DNA of 63,947 bases, filler included, from Octopus bimaculoides (taxonomy: Eukaryota), in assembly GCF_001194135.2 (NCBI RefSeq). It is 6 parts of 6 records of this genome, joined end to end, with 100 filler letters (N's around TTAATTAATTAA, not from the genome) between each part and the next. Parts side by side here need not be neighbours in the genome. Positions count along the whole stretch, not along the records: positions 1 to 26,703 come from NC_068996.1; 5 more parts are not named here. The stretch is one strand, 5' to 3'. A program made the position numbers and the translations under genes. Under the pieces are notes generated by a model that saw only the letters and a program-made list of their open reading frames with translations, ran no database searches and was not told where the DNA came from. Positions 10,545 through 22,137 of the stretch are shown here, piece by piece (the stretch's first letter is position 1; each line of letters opens with the position of its first letter).

Positions 10545-12190
10545 TATTCTATTATTTTCTTCCTTTTAGCCATGCGGTCATGCTGGAGCACCACCGTAAT
10601 TTTTTCACTTTTATATATGATTCTTCTTTGGCTGATAATTTTTTCAGGGTGATTGGGGTCACATCACCACTCCTGTATGTGCTTTTGCCCTTGTTGGGCC
10701 ATTTGATGTATGAGGGAGTTTGACACAGCTGCTCTCATGTCATGCTCTCATGTCATGCTCTCATGTCATGCTCTCATGTCATGCTCTCATGTACTTCATG
10801 TCAAACCATTGGTTCATCCGGCATTGTGAAGAGGAGGATGTCTAGTTCCTTTTTGAAGACATCTACTTCCACCTTATGCAAATTTCTTAATTTTTGTGGC
10901 AGGGCATTGAAGAGCTGTGGGCCTTTGGACCCTAGACTATTGCAATATCTAGTCCTGAATTTCGTTGGAATGGATGGTACCTTTGGTACAATACAATGGT
11001 GTCCAGTTCTGGCATTTGTATAACACTCAATGCCAAAGTTAAGTACTAGCCTTTCTAGGATTTTCCATACGTATATTATTGCATATCTCTCATGCCTTCA
11101 CTCCAGGGAGTAAAGCTGTAGTTTTCTCAGCCTATCCCTGTAGCTCATCCACTGCACTGTTTTAGTGTAGTGGTGCTGGACCACTTCAATCTCTGCTGTT
11201 GGTTTGTCACTATGTGGTGACCATAGCTCAGTCCAGGCGGCTGAGAACAAAGGTCCTCTACAGAGTCAACATAACTTTTCTTGGTCTCTTGTTTTGAAGG
11301 ACCTCAGTATCCATCCTGCCAGTTGCCCGCACCTTGCTGCCATCTTGGTAATGTGCATTTGAAATGATACATCATTGTACATACTGATCCCCAAGTCTCT
11401 CACTGCCTAAAACTCTGGAATTGTAGTGCTTTCGGGTCCTGTATATGCAGGCTGTGGTGCATTTGTGAGCTTGAAATTTTCCAGCATTAACCTGCATGCT
11501 GTTTACTTCAGTCCACTTGTATATCGCATTCAGCATTCTATATTACCAGTGATAATTTTATATCCTCGACGTAACTAGTGACAGTGGCTAAGTGAGTGAC
11601 CATGGACATGTATAAGAGGACTATTATAAACTGCAATGACTTCAAGACAGTTCCCTAGTGGACGCCCCTTAGAATTTGGGCTTTCTGAAAGAGAACACCA
11701 CTGGCTGCAACTGCCTCACTTCTGTCTTTAAGGAAGTCATGCAACAACTCATAGTTTAACAGCTATGCCAAGGTCTCGCGGCTTGCGACATATCATGTCA
11801 TGATCTACCTTATCAACAGACCTTTGCAAAGTCAAGCTATATCACACTGACATGCGAATGGTGAAATAACTGTTTCAAAACCCAGTCATAGTGCTGTAGG
11901 AGCTGTGTGAGGCAGCTTCTTCTTGGACAAAAGCTATGCTGTGTATTATTCCATAAGCCATTTTTTTCTAGGAACATTATAAATTTCTTTTTGATGATTC
12001 ATTCCATGACTTTACTGATATGTGAAGTCATAGAGTTCGGTCTGTAGTTTTCAGCCTCTACTCTGCTTCAGTCTTTGTGAATAGGGTATAGAATGCCTCC
12101 TTTTAGCTTTTAGGAAGTTTACCACTTGCAAGGAAACTCTGGAAAAGTATCTGAAGTGGTTTCTCTAAAGCCTACGTACGCGACTTCAGG
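10545..12190 (-). mobile_element. CR1-clade LINE, degenerate RT and 3' end
   Basis: The minus strand has a DKVDHD motif (AFDKVDH-like) near 11800, a degenerate GVPQG region near 11660, and C-terminal GPQLFNALPQKLRNLHKVEVDVFKKELD...PDEP. The 3' tail is ggtggtgctccagcatgaccgc. Confidence 0.8.
10731..10792. repeat. 13-bp tandem repeat (GCTCTCATGTCAT) x about 4.8
   Basis: Units start at 10731, 10744, 10757, 10770 and 10783. Confidence 0.95.
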
Positions 12191-12209
12191 AGAATAGCTC
12201 AGAAGCCAT

Positions 12210-12565
12210 TATCACACAAGTACCTGGTTTCAATGGCTGCTGCGCATGACTGTGCCTTTGAACTGGTTGATCAGCTTCCATATTCCCCTGATTTAGTCCA
12301 TTCTGGCTATCATCTGTTCCCCGACACGAAAAAAAAAAAACTTGGCTGGGAAGCAGTATTGCAGTGATAATGATGCCTTATCCATTGTTGATGACTTTTT
12401 TGAGTAACAGGATGAAAGCTTCTTCACCAAAGGGACGCAAGCACTGCAACACCGATGGAAAAAGTGTGTGAACTACAAGGGGGACTATGTTGAAAAATAA
12501 ACGTCATTTGGTGACATTCCATGAAAGTATCTTAGTCACCTTGTGTACTTTCCAGCCAACCCTCA
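12210..12565 (+). mobile_element. mariner 3' fragment with right TIR
   Basis: It reads FELVDQLPYSPDLVHSGYHLFP...LQHRWKKCVNYKGDYVEK*. It ends tactttccagccaaccctca followed by TA. Confidence 0.85.
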
Positions 12566-13543
12566 TATATATATATATANNNNNNNNNNNNNNNNNNNNN
12601 NNNNNNNNNNNNNNNNNNNNNNNNNNNNNNNNNNNNNNNNNNNNNNNNNNNNNNNNNNNNNNNNNNNNNNNNNNNNNNNNNNNNNNNNNNNNNNNNNNNN
12701 NNNNNNNNNNNNNNNNNNNNNNNNNNNNNNNNNNNNNNNNNNNNNNNNNNNNNNNNNNNNNNNNNNNNNNNNNNNNNNNNNNNNNNNNNNNNNNNNNNNN
12801 NNNNNNNNNNNNNNNNNNNNNNNNNNNNNNNNNNNNNNNNNNNNNNNNNNNNNNNNNNNNNNNNNNNNNNNNNNNNNNNNNNNNNNNNNNNNNNNNNNNN
12901 NNNNNNNNNNNNNNNNNNNNNNNNNNNNNNNNNNNNNNNNNNNNNNNNNNNNNNNNNNNNNNNNNNNNNNNNNNNNNNNNNNNNNNNNNNNNNNNNNNNN
13001 NNNNNNNNNNNNNNNNNNNNNNNNNNNNNNNNNNNNNNNNNNNNNNNNNNNNNNNNNNNNNNNNNNNNNNNNNNNNNNNNNNNNNNNNNNNNNNNNNNNN
13101 NNNNNNNNNNNNNNNNNNNNNNNNNNNNNNNNNNNNNNNNNNNNNNNNNNNNNNNNNNNNNNNNNNNNNNNNNNNNNNNNNNNNNNNNNNNNNNNNNNNN
13201 NNNNNNNNNNNNNNNNNNNNNNNNNNNNNNNNNNNNNNNNNNNNNNNNNNNNNNNNNNNNNNNNNNNNNNNNNNNNNNNNNNNNNNNNNNNNNNNNNNNN
13301 NNNNNNNNNNNNNNNNNNNNNNNNNNNNNNNNNNNNNNNNNNNNNNNNNNNNNNNNNNNNNNNNNNNNNNNNNNNNNNNNNNNNNNNNNNNNNNNNNNNN
13401 NNNNNNNNNNNNNNNNNNNNNNNNNNNNNNNNNNNNNNNNNNNNNNNNNNNNNNNNNNNNNNNNNNNNNNNNNNNNNNNNNNNNNNNNNNNNNNNNNNNN
13501 NNNNNNNNNNNNNNNNNNNNNNNNNNNNNNNNNNNNNNNNNNN

Positions 13544-13574
<31 letters not shown>

Positions 13575-13619
13575 GTGTATGTATCTATATATGTATATGT
13601 ATGTATGTATATATATATA

Positions 13620-15215
13620 GCCCTCCTCCGCTTGCTCCGCCGTTGGGGTCCTGATGTTGGTGTTTACTCGTGTTTAGTCTGGGACCTCATTCTCGACCTT
13701 GCCGCCATGAGTGGTCCCACCAGGAGTCTAAGACTCCAGACAGTATCGCCCCCAGAATCATTGGAACACACAAGCTCTTCCACCACAACAAAGGACGATC
13801 ATCGGAAGAGAGGGACGACCATCTCAAGCCCCCAAGGATTGACTCCGGCGGAAGAGGGCAACGTCTGGTGGGCAGGCGTGACAAAGGCGGATAGACTCCA
13901 GCAACTCGCTGCAACTAGCTTCAAGACTGCACATCTCAAGTCTTGAGCCGCGGTGGAGAAGTTCCTGGCCAAGTGCGTACGCGTGGCTGTCGCACAGCAC
14001 GATCACCTCAAACAATTTAATCAGTGAATGGCTTCGTCTTTCTTATCTGACTCAAAAATCCCAATGTCGATGTTATCGTGGGCACCAGAGAAAGGTCTGA
14101 AAAGCTGGAAGCCTCTAGTCCGTGACCACACATTCGCGGTGAATCTCAGATGGTTTCTCTCCAATGAATAGCCGTGACATTGAAGTTCGGCAGCTAGACT
14201 CGTGTCTGGGCTGGCCTCTTTAGGACTACCGCAGCCCACCCTTCAAGAGGAAGCCCCTAGAAAAGGTGGGGTAAACATCGGACACGGCAACTCGATCCGG
14301 CTAGCATGTCGCTGCTGGTAGTCCTACTACTTAGCAGTCGGAACTCTACTAAATTCTCTGTTTCACAACCTCTCACCTTCGGGGAATGGAACATCCGCAC
14401 TCTCCAGGACAAGAGTGACATTAATCGACCAGAGCGACGTCTGCAAGGAACGTTCCCGCTTCAACATCGACGTGGCAGCCTTGAGCGAGACTAAGCTTCC
14501 CAGCGAAGGCAGCATCAAAGATCTGGCTCCAAATACACCATCTTTTGGAAGGGAAAGAATCCTAATGAACCACGCACCCATGGAGTTGGCCTTGCCAACA
14601 AAACGCAAATCGTGAGCCAACATAGACTCGTCCCAACTACTGTCAGTCAGCGCCTGATGACTGTTCGGATCCCATTTATTCGGGACAGATTTCTTACGCT
14701 AATNNNNNNNNNNNNNNNNNNNNNNNNNNNNNNNNNNNNNNNNNNNNNNNNNNNNNNNNCGCATGACAAACCCGTCGTGTTGGGGCACTTTAACGGCAGA
14801 GTTGGCAGTGACCATTGTCTGTGGAATGACATTCTTGACCATCACGGCGTTGGTTAATGCGATGCCAATGGCCAGCTCCTCCTAGGCTTTTGCGCCAAGC
14901 ACGAACTCGTCATCACCAACACCCCATTTCGTCTCCCTACACGACAAAAAAATAAAACAAAAAAAAAACAACCTGGAAACACCCACGGTCTAAACACTGG
15001 CACATCCTCGACTACGTTCTGACAAGATCCAGGGACAGACGAGAATGTACGCATCACCCGCTCCATGCCTGGGGCAGATGACTGCTGGACGGATCACAGC
15101 CTTCTTATTTCTCCCCTTGACATCAAGATCCGCAGCCTACCAAAACGGGTCTCAGCAAACATTCCTTGCCGACGCTTCGACTGCGCCAAGCACCGGAACT
15201 CACCGGCATCTTAAG
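13620..15215 (+). mobile_element. RTE-clade LINE, 5' part (5'UTR and APE endonuclease); RT absent
   Basis: APE motifs are WNIRTLQD...RPERR, SRFNIDVAALSET, VVLGHFNGRVG, ELVITNTPF, HPRSKHWHILDYVL and DCWTDHSL. It starts immediately after a (TA)n tract. Confidence 0.85.
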
Positions 15216-15244
15216 ACTCCAGGACGATGGATGGATGGATATAT

Positions 15245-15415
15245 GTATAAAATGGGCTTCTTTCAGTTTCAAACCAAATCTACTGTCAAGGCTTTTATCG
15301 GCCGGGTGCTAAAGTAAAAGACACTTTTCCAAGGTTCCGCACAATGGTACTGAACTGAAAACCACATGTTTTGGAAGTAAGCTATTCAAGCGCATAGCCA
15401 TACCTGCACCTATAA
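15245..15415 (-). mobile_element. tRNA-derived SINE family 1, old partial copy
   Basis: It is homologous to 63000-63165 (gggcttctttcagtttc...aagacactt..ccaagg). Confidence 0.7.
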
Positions 15416-15770
15416 CCATGTGTTTATGTATTACGTAAATCATGAGAAAACCGCCCGGATGGCAGTGCTTCTCGTAGTTTGAATAATAGATGAAGCTATG
15501 TTCCGAGCACTTTAGATATTCTGTACAGATAACAGCATTTGATGACGACTATGCATTTCGATACACATGTATATGAATAGTAAAAATTTCTTTGTTTTTA
15601 AATCTACTCAGATTTGGGTGCAGTCTATTGTAGATGGAGTGGTGGGGGTTTTGTCCCCAATACATTATTCACGACAATTATATTTACATGAATAACTGTC
15701 AACGTTCGATGTGGTTAGTTAAAAAGATAACTTATCGTTTCTTTGCGAAATCGCTTCTTACGTATTTTCT

Positions 15771-16603
15771 TTAACCTTTTAGCATTTAAACTGGTCACAT
15801 CAGGCCCATATTTTCTACCTGTTTTATTCCTGATCAGAAGTACTAAGCACTGACTGAGAGACAAATAAACGTGATACCAGTTCAAATATGTTTGAAGGAT
15901 ATTTGGACCAGTAAGAAGACCTTTCACTGCAATCTGTCAGCGAGAGATATTCTCGCTGTACACAGTCAGATCTGAACACTTTCTTGTGGATTGATGGATT
16001 CATGCATTTTGAAGTGATTATCTGTCATCACTACCAGACAAACCTAGTCACTTAGTTTAGAACTGCCTCTCTTTAGTATTTGATGCTGATGAGAAAGATT
16101 AACACTTCAAAACCCACCAGTCCAACAAGGGATGCACTGAATTAACCATGGTGCTTTTACACTTTTTGTCTCCAATGAGAATACTTCTCCATGACAAATA
16201 GCAGCGAAAGATCATTTTACAGTTTCCAGTTTTATATTCAAACTGACCAGATCTAGCCTCTCATACCAACCATACAATGTCAGTTGTTTTTAGCATTTGA
16301 ATTGGCTATATCCAGTCCAGATATTCTATCTATTTTATGTTGAAACTGGTCAGATCTAGCCTCTCATATTTATCCTACAATGGCAGTTGTTTTTAGCATT
16401 TAAACTGACTATATCTGATATCAATATTCAACCTGTTTTATGTTGAAATTGGCCAAATCTAGCCTCTCACACCTACTCTACAGTATCATTCTAAGAATAA
16501 ATAATCCTATCATAGAAGCTATGAGAGAATGCATGATTAATTCAAAACAATATGAATAAATAAACATTATATGTGACAGAGAAATCTGAATGCTAAACGA
16601 TTG
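15771..16603. mobile_element. piggyBac-like MITE, longer copy with internal tandem repeats of about 110 bp
   Basis: It starts TTAA-CCTTTTAGCATTTAAACTGG. It ends AATCTGAATGCTAAACGATTGA, homologous to 770-790. The unit ttttagcatttaaactg...gatctagcctctca recurs at 16230-16475. Confidence 0.55.
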
Positions 16604-17125
16604 AACTAATACCGAATCTGTCACTAGTAACAAATATTTTCTGAGCTTGCTGGCTATTTGTGACAACGGTGATTTGTTATTCACTGCTTTTCTATATCAA
16701 AAGAGGTTACATTTGTCTAAGCATGCGGTTGATAAGTGAATACAGGCTGATGATAATGCTCATAGAAGCAGAAATCCCCGATCTAGTAATGTCACCATCA
16801 TCATTAAATATTTTTGTCTCCTATTGATATGCTTCTGTGCTTCTTAACATTATACATCCACACGAGATGTTGTTTTGAGACAAATGCTGCAGCTGTTTAG
16901 ATTTCTATAGTATATCAACATTCAGGAAGATACGCACAATGCTATTTTGAACCAATACTGTTTCTATCACTAACAAATTTGTAAATAAAAGCTTACTTCG
17001 TCCTTGACAACCTGCTAAACAAAGTATACAATATGTGCACTGAATTAATCAACATATTTTGTATGGCTTTTTATTGGTAAAGGACATTAGCATTTTGGGA
17101 GAAGTAGGTTAACAACATTTTCGAA

Positions 17126-17173
17126 GATGATGATGATGGTGATGATGATGATGATGACGACGATGATGGCTAC

Positions 17174-17231
<58 letters not shown>

Positions 17232-17290
17232 TTAATAATAATAATAATAATATTAATAACAACAACAACAACAACAACAATAATAATATA
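17126..17290. repeat. Compound (GAT)n, (AAT)n, (CAA)n microsatellite
   Basis: Read directly from the sequence. Confidence 0.95.
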
Positions 17291-17339
17291 CTTTTTTATT
17301 TTTTATTTTTCCTTTCTCTCTCTGTCTTCCCCTTTTTCT

Positions 17340-17505
17340 CTATCACATGACTATGTAAATGAACAATCTGGTGTGTTTATTTTCATGGCCTATCAATGTA
17401 TACAATGCATTTCTCTGCCCTAGGTATCAAGAAGACACTCAGCAAGAAATGGAAACAGGATTGAAAGAAGATGCTAAAGAAAATAATAATAATAAAATAA
17501 TAATA
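17340..17505 (+). mobile_element. Solo 3'UTR of the Dong-F family between (AAT)n tracts
   Basis: It is homologous to 18710-18860, which follows the stop codon of element F, and to 58960-59120. Confidence 0.65.
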
Positions 17506-17517
17506 ATAATAATAATG

Positions 17518-17582
<65 letters not shown>

Positions 17583-17584
17583 TG

Positions 17585-17792
17585 GCTTCAAAATTTAACA
17601 CGAGGCCAGCAATTTCAGGGGAGTGGGTAAGTCAGTTACATTGACCTCAGTGCTGAACTGGTACTTATTTCATTAACCACAAAAAGGATGAAAGGCTAAG
17701 TTGACCTCGGCGGAATTTGAACTCAGAACGTAAAGGCTGACAAAATGCCGCTTAGCATTCTGCCCAGCATTCTAGCGATGCTGCCAACTTCC
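17585..17792 (-). mobile_element. tRNA-derived SINE family 2
   Basis: Its reverse complement contains a B box (GAGTTCAAATTCC) and the core aagtaccagtt..gcactg shared with the 57975-58830 copies. It ends in (ATT)n on its sense strand. Confidence 0.75.
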
Positions 17793-17794
17793 TG

Positions 17795-18860
17795 CGCAGT
17801 TTTGCGCCGGAAGAGTACAAGCGCAGACTCGACAAAGCAGCCCAAAACTTCCACTGGTTACTGTGATGGAAGTGTGGCAGCTGTTGTAAAGAAATCAATA
17901 GCAAAGCAAAATGTATTTGAACAATTGGCTGATGGGTGGGAACAAAAGCCTCCGAATGGCAAATATGTGGTCCGTAGCAAACAAGCTGACGTAGACCAGA
18001 AGCACCCCGGTCGGTGGCTACGGAGATCAGGGCTAAAGGCAGAGAAGGCTTTATTGTGACTGCTCAAAATCAGAGCTAATTGACCCGGAACTACCAAGCC
18101 ATTGCCGATACTGCAACGATGGGATCGAAACAGTGGACCACCTATTCTCTGGATGTAAGGTTTTAGCACCCACAGAGTATAAATCAAAACATGACAGAGT
18201 TGGCCAATATCTACACTGGTTGATATGTCAGCATTATAAAATTAAAACTGCTGATAAATGGTCCAAACACCACTCTATGTAATGATTCTTTGGGACTTTC
18301 CAGTAAATACTGACCAGACCATCAAAGCTAATAAACCAGATGTTATTGTGAAAGACCAAAACAATAAAGTTATAATATCTCGGCAAAAGAATTTGTCAAG
18401 CTCAGAAAATATAAAGATTTTGCCAATTGAAATAAAAAAATGTGGCATTCCAAGACGTTTATGATACCAGTATTTGTAGGAACATTTGGAAGGATAAAAA
18501 AAGGAACTGAAGGTTATTTGAGGATGATTCCTGGCTTTCCATCTCTGCAGGAAGTGCAAAAGATTGTCTTAACTGCTACGTCACACGTATTCAGAAGGGC
18601 ATTGTAGAAGTAAATTTTCTTTCCTTTTTCCTTTTATTTTCTTTGTTTTCCTTTTTAATTTTTTTCTTTTTTTCTTCTTTCCTTTTACTCTGTCTTTTTT
18701 GCCTCTTTTTTATCACATGATTTTGTAAATGACCAATCTGGTATGTGTATTTTAATGGCCTACCAGTGTATAAAGTGAATTTCATTGTCCTAGGTGTTTG
18801 GAAAACACTCGACAGGAAATGTAAACCAAATTGAAAAAAGACAATGATAACAATAATAAC
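17795..18860 (+). mobile_element. R4/Dong element (F), 3' part (knuckle, RLE, 3'UTR)
   Basis: It reads EYKRRLDKAA, WLRRSGLKAE, EYKSKHDRVG, ILWDFPVNTDQTIKANKPDVIVKD and VQKIVLTATSHVFRRAL*. Confidence 0.85.
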
Positions 18861-18954
18861 AATTATAATAATACTAGATTTTTCCTGTCGCCTCCAAATT
18901 TAGACAAAGCAGCACAGTCAAGTGCAACACACGTCTCCTTCTAGATCATAGTTG

Positions 18955-20580
18955 TGGGATGAGCCAAACTAACAACACCAGCATCAAACGAGGCATCTTC
19001 CAAGGTGACTCCCTCACTTCATTATTCTTTTGCATGGCACTGATCCCACTTTCAAACGAACTGAATAGCAACATGTATAGGCACAAAATGTATAATAATA
19101 TAGTAAACCATCTGATTTATATGGACGATCTGAAGCTGTTTGCTAGAAATGACGAAGAGCTTGTAGGGCTGCTAACAACTGTCAAAGAATTCAGCAAGGA
19201 CATCGGAATGGATTTTGGTCTCGATAAGTGTGCTAAAGCAACTTTTGTAAGAGGCAAGCTCAAACAAGCAGCTTCCATTAAATTAGATATCAACACTACC
19301 ATCAAGGAACTTGACCCACAAGAATGTTTTAAATACTTAGGAATAAACGAAGATGGTACACATCACCCTACTATGAAGGAAAAAATAAGAAAGGAGTATT
19401 ATAGGAGAATAAGACTTGTACTGAAGACATCGCACCGAAGCCAATAACAACCTGGCACATCCAGTAGTCTTGTACAGTTTTAACATCATTAACTGGAATC
19501 CGACGGAACTCCAACGCCTGGACAGGAAGACAAACAACTACTAACATCTAAGCAGACGTTGATCGTCTGTACCCATCTAGAAATAATGGGAGAAGTGGAA
19601 TTATGCAGGTAAAACTGTGCTACAAGACCTCCACAATAGCAATGGACAGGTACTTACCTAGTACAGAGGACTGGATTCTACAGCTTGTGAGCAAACACAA
19701 AAGCAGCAAAACATCACATTCCAATGTCAAAGAAGCTTGCAAATTCGCAATGGAACTTGGCTTTAATCCTGAATTAGATGAAGAACCTGAAACCACTGTC
19801 GCCAAATAAGCAAAACAGACTGCAAAAAAGGACGGGCGGAAACAAATTGAGGGGCGGTGGAGCCAGTATATGCTGATGTAGACCATGTAACAACCCATCA
19901 GTGGCTGAGAAGTTCAAGACTGAAAGCAGAGAGTGACATCTTCATATTGGAAGAACAAGATCAAAGCTGGCTCACAAAAAACTACCAGGCTAATGTTCTT
20001 CAAAACAGTACTAGCCCTAAATGTAGATTTTTCTACACATTTGACGAAACAATAGACCATCACGTCTCGGTATATCCTCTGATTACACCAAAGGAATATA
20101 AAAATCTTCACGATAGGGTAGGATAGTATTTACACTGGAAAATATGTAAACACTACAAAATCAACACTCATTGAAGGTAAAAATGTCACCATCCTCTGGG
20201 GATTTTCCAGTCAACACTGACAGAACGATCCAGGCTAATCGACCAGACATAATCATTAAAGACAGGGAAGAAAATACGTGTAGGCTAATGTTCCTACTGA
20301 TAAAAATATATCTGTAAAGGTAGTAAATATAAGGACCTGAAAATTGAAATACAAAAGATGTGGCATCTTAAAACGAGAACTGTTCCTGTTTTTGTGGGTA
20401 CCCTAGGTATGATAAAAAAAAGAAACATCAGGAACATCTAGACAACATTCCAGGAGAACCATGTCTCTTTTCCTTTACTTGCCCTAGGCAGCTTGGTGTG
20501 TCTCGGCAAGTGATTGCAACAAATATGCAAATTAAAAGTAAATAAATAATAATGATAAAACAACAACAACAACAATAATG
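18955..20580 (+). mobile_element. R4/Dong element (G): RT to RLE and 3'UTR
   Basis: ORF 18959..19447 contains IKRGIFQGDSLTSLFF, HLIYMDDLKLFA and FKYLG. ORF 19857..20126 contains WLRSSRLKAE, and ILWGF...ANRPDIIIKD follows. Confidence 0.9.
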
Positions 20581-20589
20581 ATATTATTA

Positions 20590-21381
20590 TAATGCCGAGT
20601 ATTTGATAAATAGTGATGAAAACCTGCTGCAATACGCCGCGAAATATATGGGTGTAAATGCAGATGAAATGATGGGCAAGGAAGAGTTTAGCCAAAGAGG
20701 TGAGGAGAAGAGAAAAGATCTTGAAATGAGAATGCATGGACAGTTTGAGCGGAATACAGAAGACGTTAAGGTTAATACAGCATCGTGGGCATGGCTGGAG
20801 CGAGGTGAATTGAAGCGTACCACTGAGAGCCTGATCATTGCTGCATAAGACCAGGCTCTCGCTACCAATTCAGTGAAGTATAATATCTATACAACTTCTG
20901 ACACCCAGAAATGAAGACTCTGTTGGAAAGAGTGTGGAAAATGTGATCCACTTGGTAAGTGGATGTGGGAGCCTTGCACAAAAAGAATACAAGTGCCGCC
21001 ATGATAAAGTGTGCGTGTGTATCTTCGTTGGCTCTTATGTCGTAAATACCAAAATGAAGTAACAGAGAACTGGCATGAGCATGGACCAAATAAAGATATG
21101 CAGGAGGATGGAAAAGTAACGATACTCTTGGACTATGATTTTCAGACGGATCCTGTAATCGAACACCGTCGGCCGGATATTGTCATATTGAATAAGAGAG
21201 ACAAATACTGTCAGATCAGTGATGCAGCCACACCAAATGACATGAATGTTGTGAGTAAAGAGGTTGAAAAAAAATCACGAAGTACTCAGAATAGAAAGTG
21301 GAAATGGTAAGACTGCATGGAATGCGAGAGAGTAGTGTAAAAGTGATACCAGTGGTGATCGGAGCATTGGGCTTAATCCCA
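20590..21381 (+). mobile_element. R4/Dong element (H): thumb, knuckle and RLE (same subfamily as N)
   Basis: It reads WAWLERGELKRTTESLIIAA, LAQKEYKCRHDKV, QTDPVIEHRRPDIV and VKVIPVVIGALG. Confidence 0.85.
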
Positions 21382-21795
21382 NNNNNNNNNNNNNNNNNNN
21401 NNNNNNNNNNNNNNNNNNNNNNNNNNNNNNNNNNNNNNNNNNNNNNNNNNNNNNNNNNNNNNNNNNNNNNNNNNNNNNNNNNNNNNNNNNNNNNNNNNNN
21501 NNNNNNNNNNNNNNNNNNNNNNNNNNNNNNNNNNNNNNNNNNNNNNNNNNNNNNNNNNNNNNNNNNNNNNNNNNNNNNNNNNNNNNNNNNNNNNNNNNNN
21601 NNNNNNNNNNNNNNNNNNNNNNNNNNNNNNNNNNNNNNNNNNNNNNNNNNNNNNNNNNNNNNNNNNNNNNNNNNNNNNNNNNNNNNNNNNNNNNNNNNNN
21701 NNNNNNNNNNNNNNNNNNNNNNNNNNNNNNNNNNNNNNNNNNNNNNNNNNNNNNNNNNNNNNNNNNNNNNNNNNNNNNNNNNNNNNNNNNNNNNN

Positions 21796-22116
21796 AAAAA
21801 CTTTCAAAATACAAAGCCCTGGAAATAGAGATAACTCGAATGTGGAATCTAAAAACAGAAACAATTCCTATCATAGCAGGTGCCTTAGGTATAATAAAAA
21901 AATATTCAGACAAATACATAACAAAAACACCAGGACTTACAAATATATATAACATACAGAAAATAGCACTACTGGGCACTGCACACATCCTACGCAAAAC
22001 ACTTTCAATACAGTAAACATAAGAGCACCACAGCAAACCACAGCACATACCCAAGGCACACAGAGCTGCGCTCGGGAGTGAAGTGAAAGCACGTTATAAA
22101 AATAAAACTACTGAAC
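21796..22116 (+). mobile_element. R4/Dong young family Y, 3' end, followed by (AAT)n
   Basis: It is near-identical to 8760-9060. The 3'UTR ends actactgaac, followed by (AAT)n at 22117-22137. Confidence 0.9.
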
Positions 22117-22137
22117 AATAATAATAATAATAATAAT

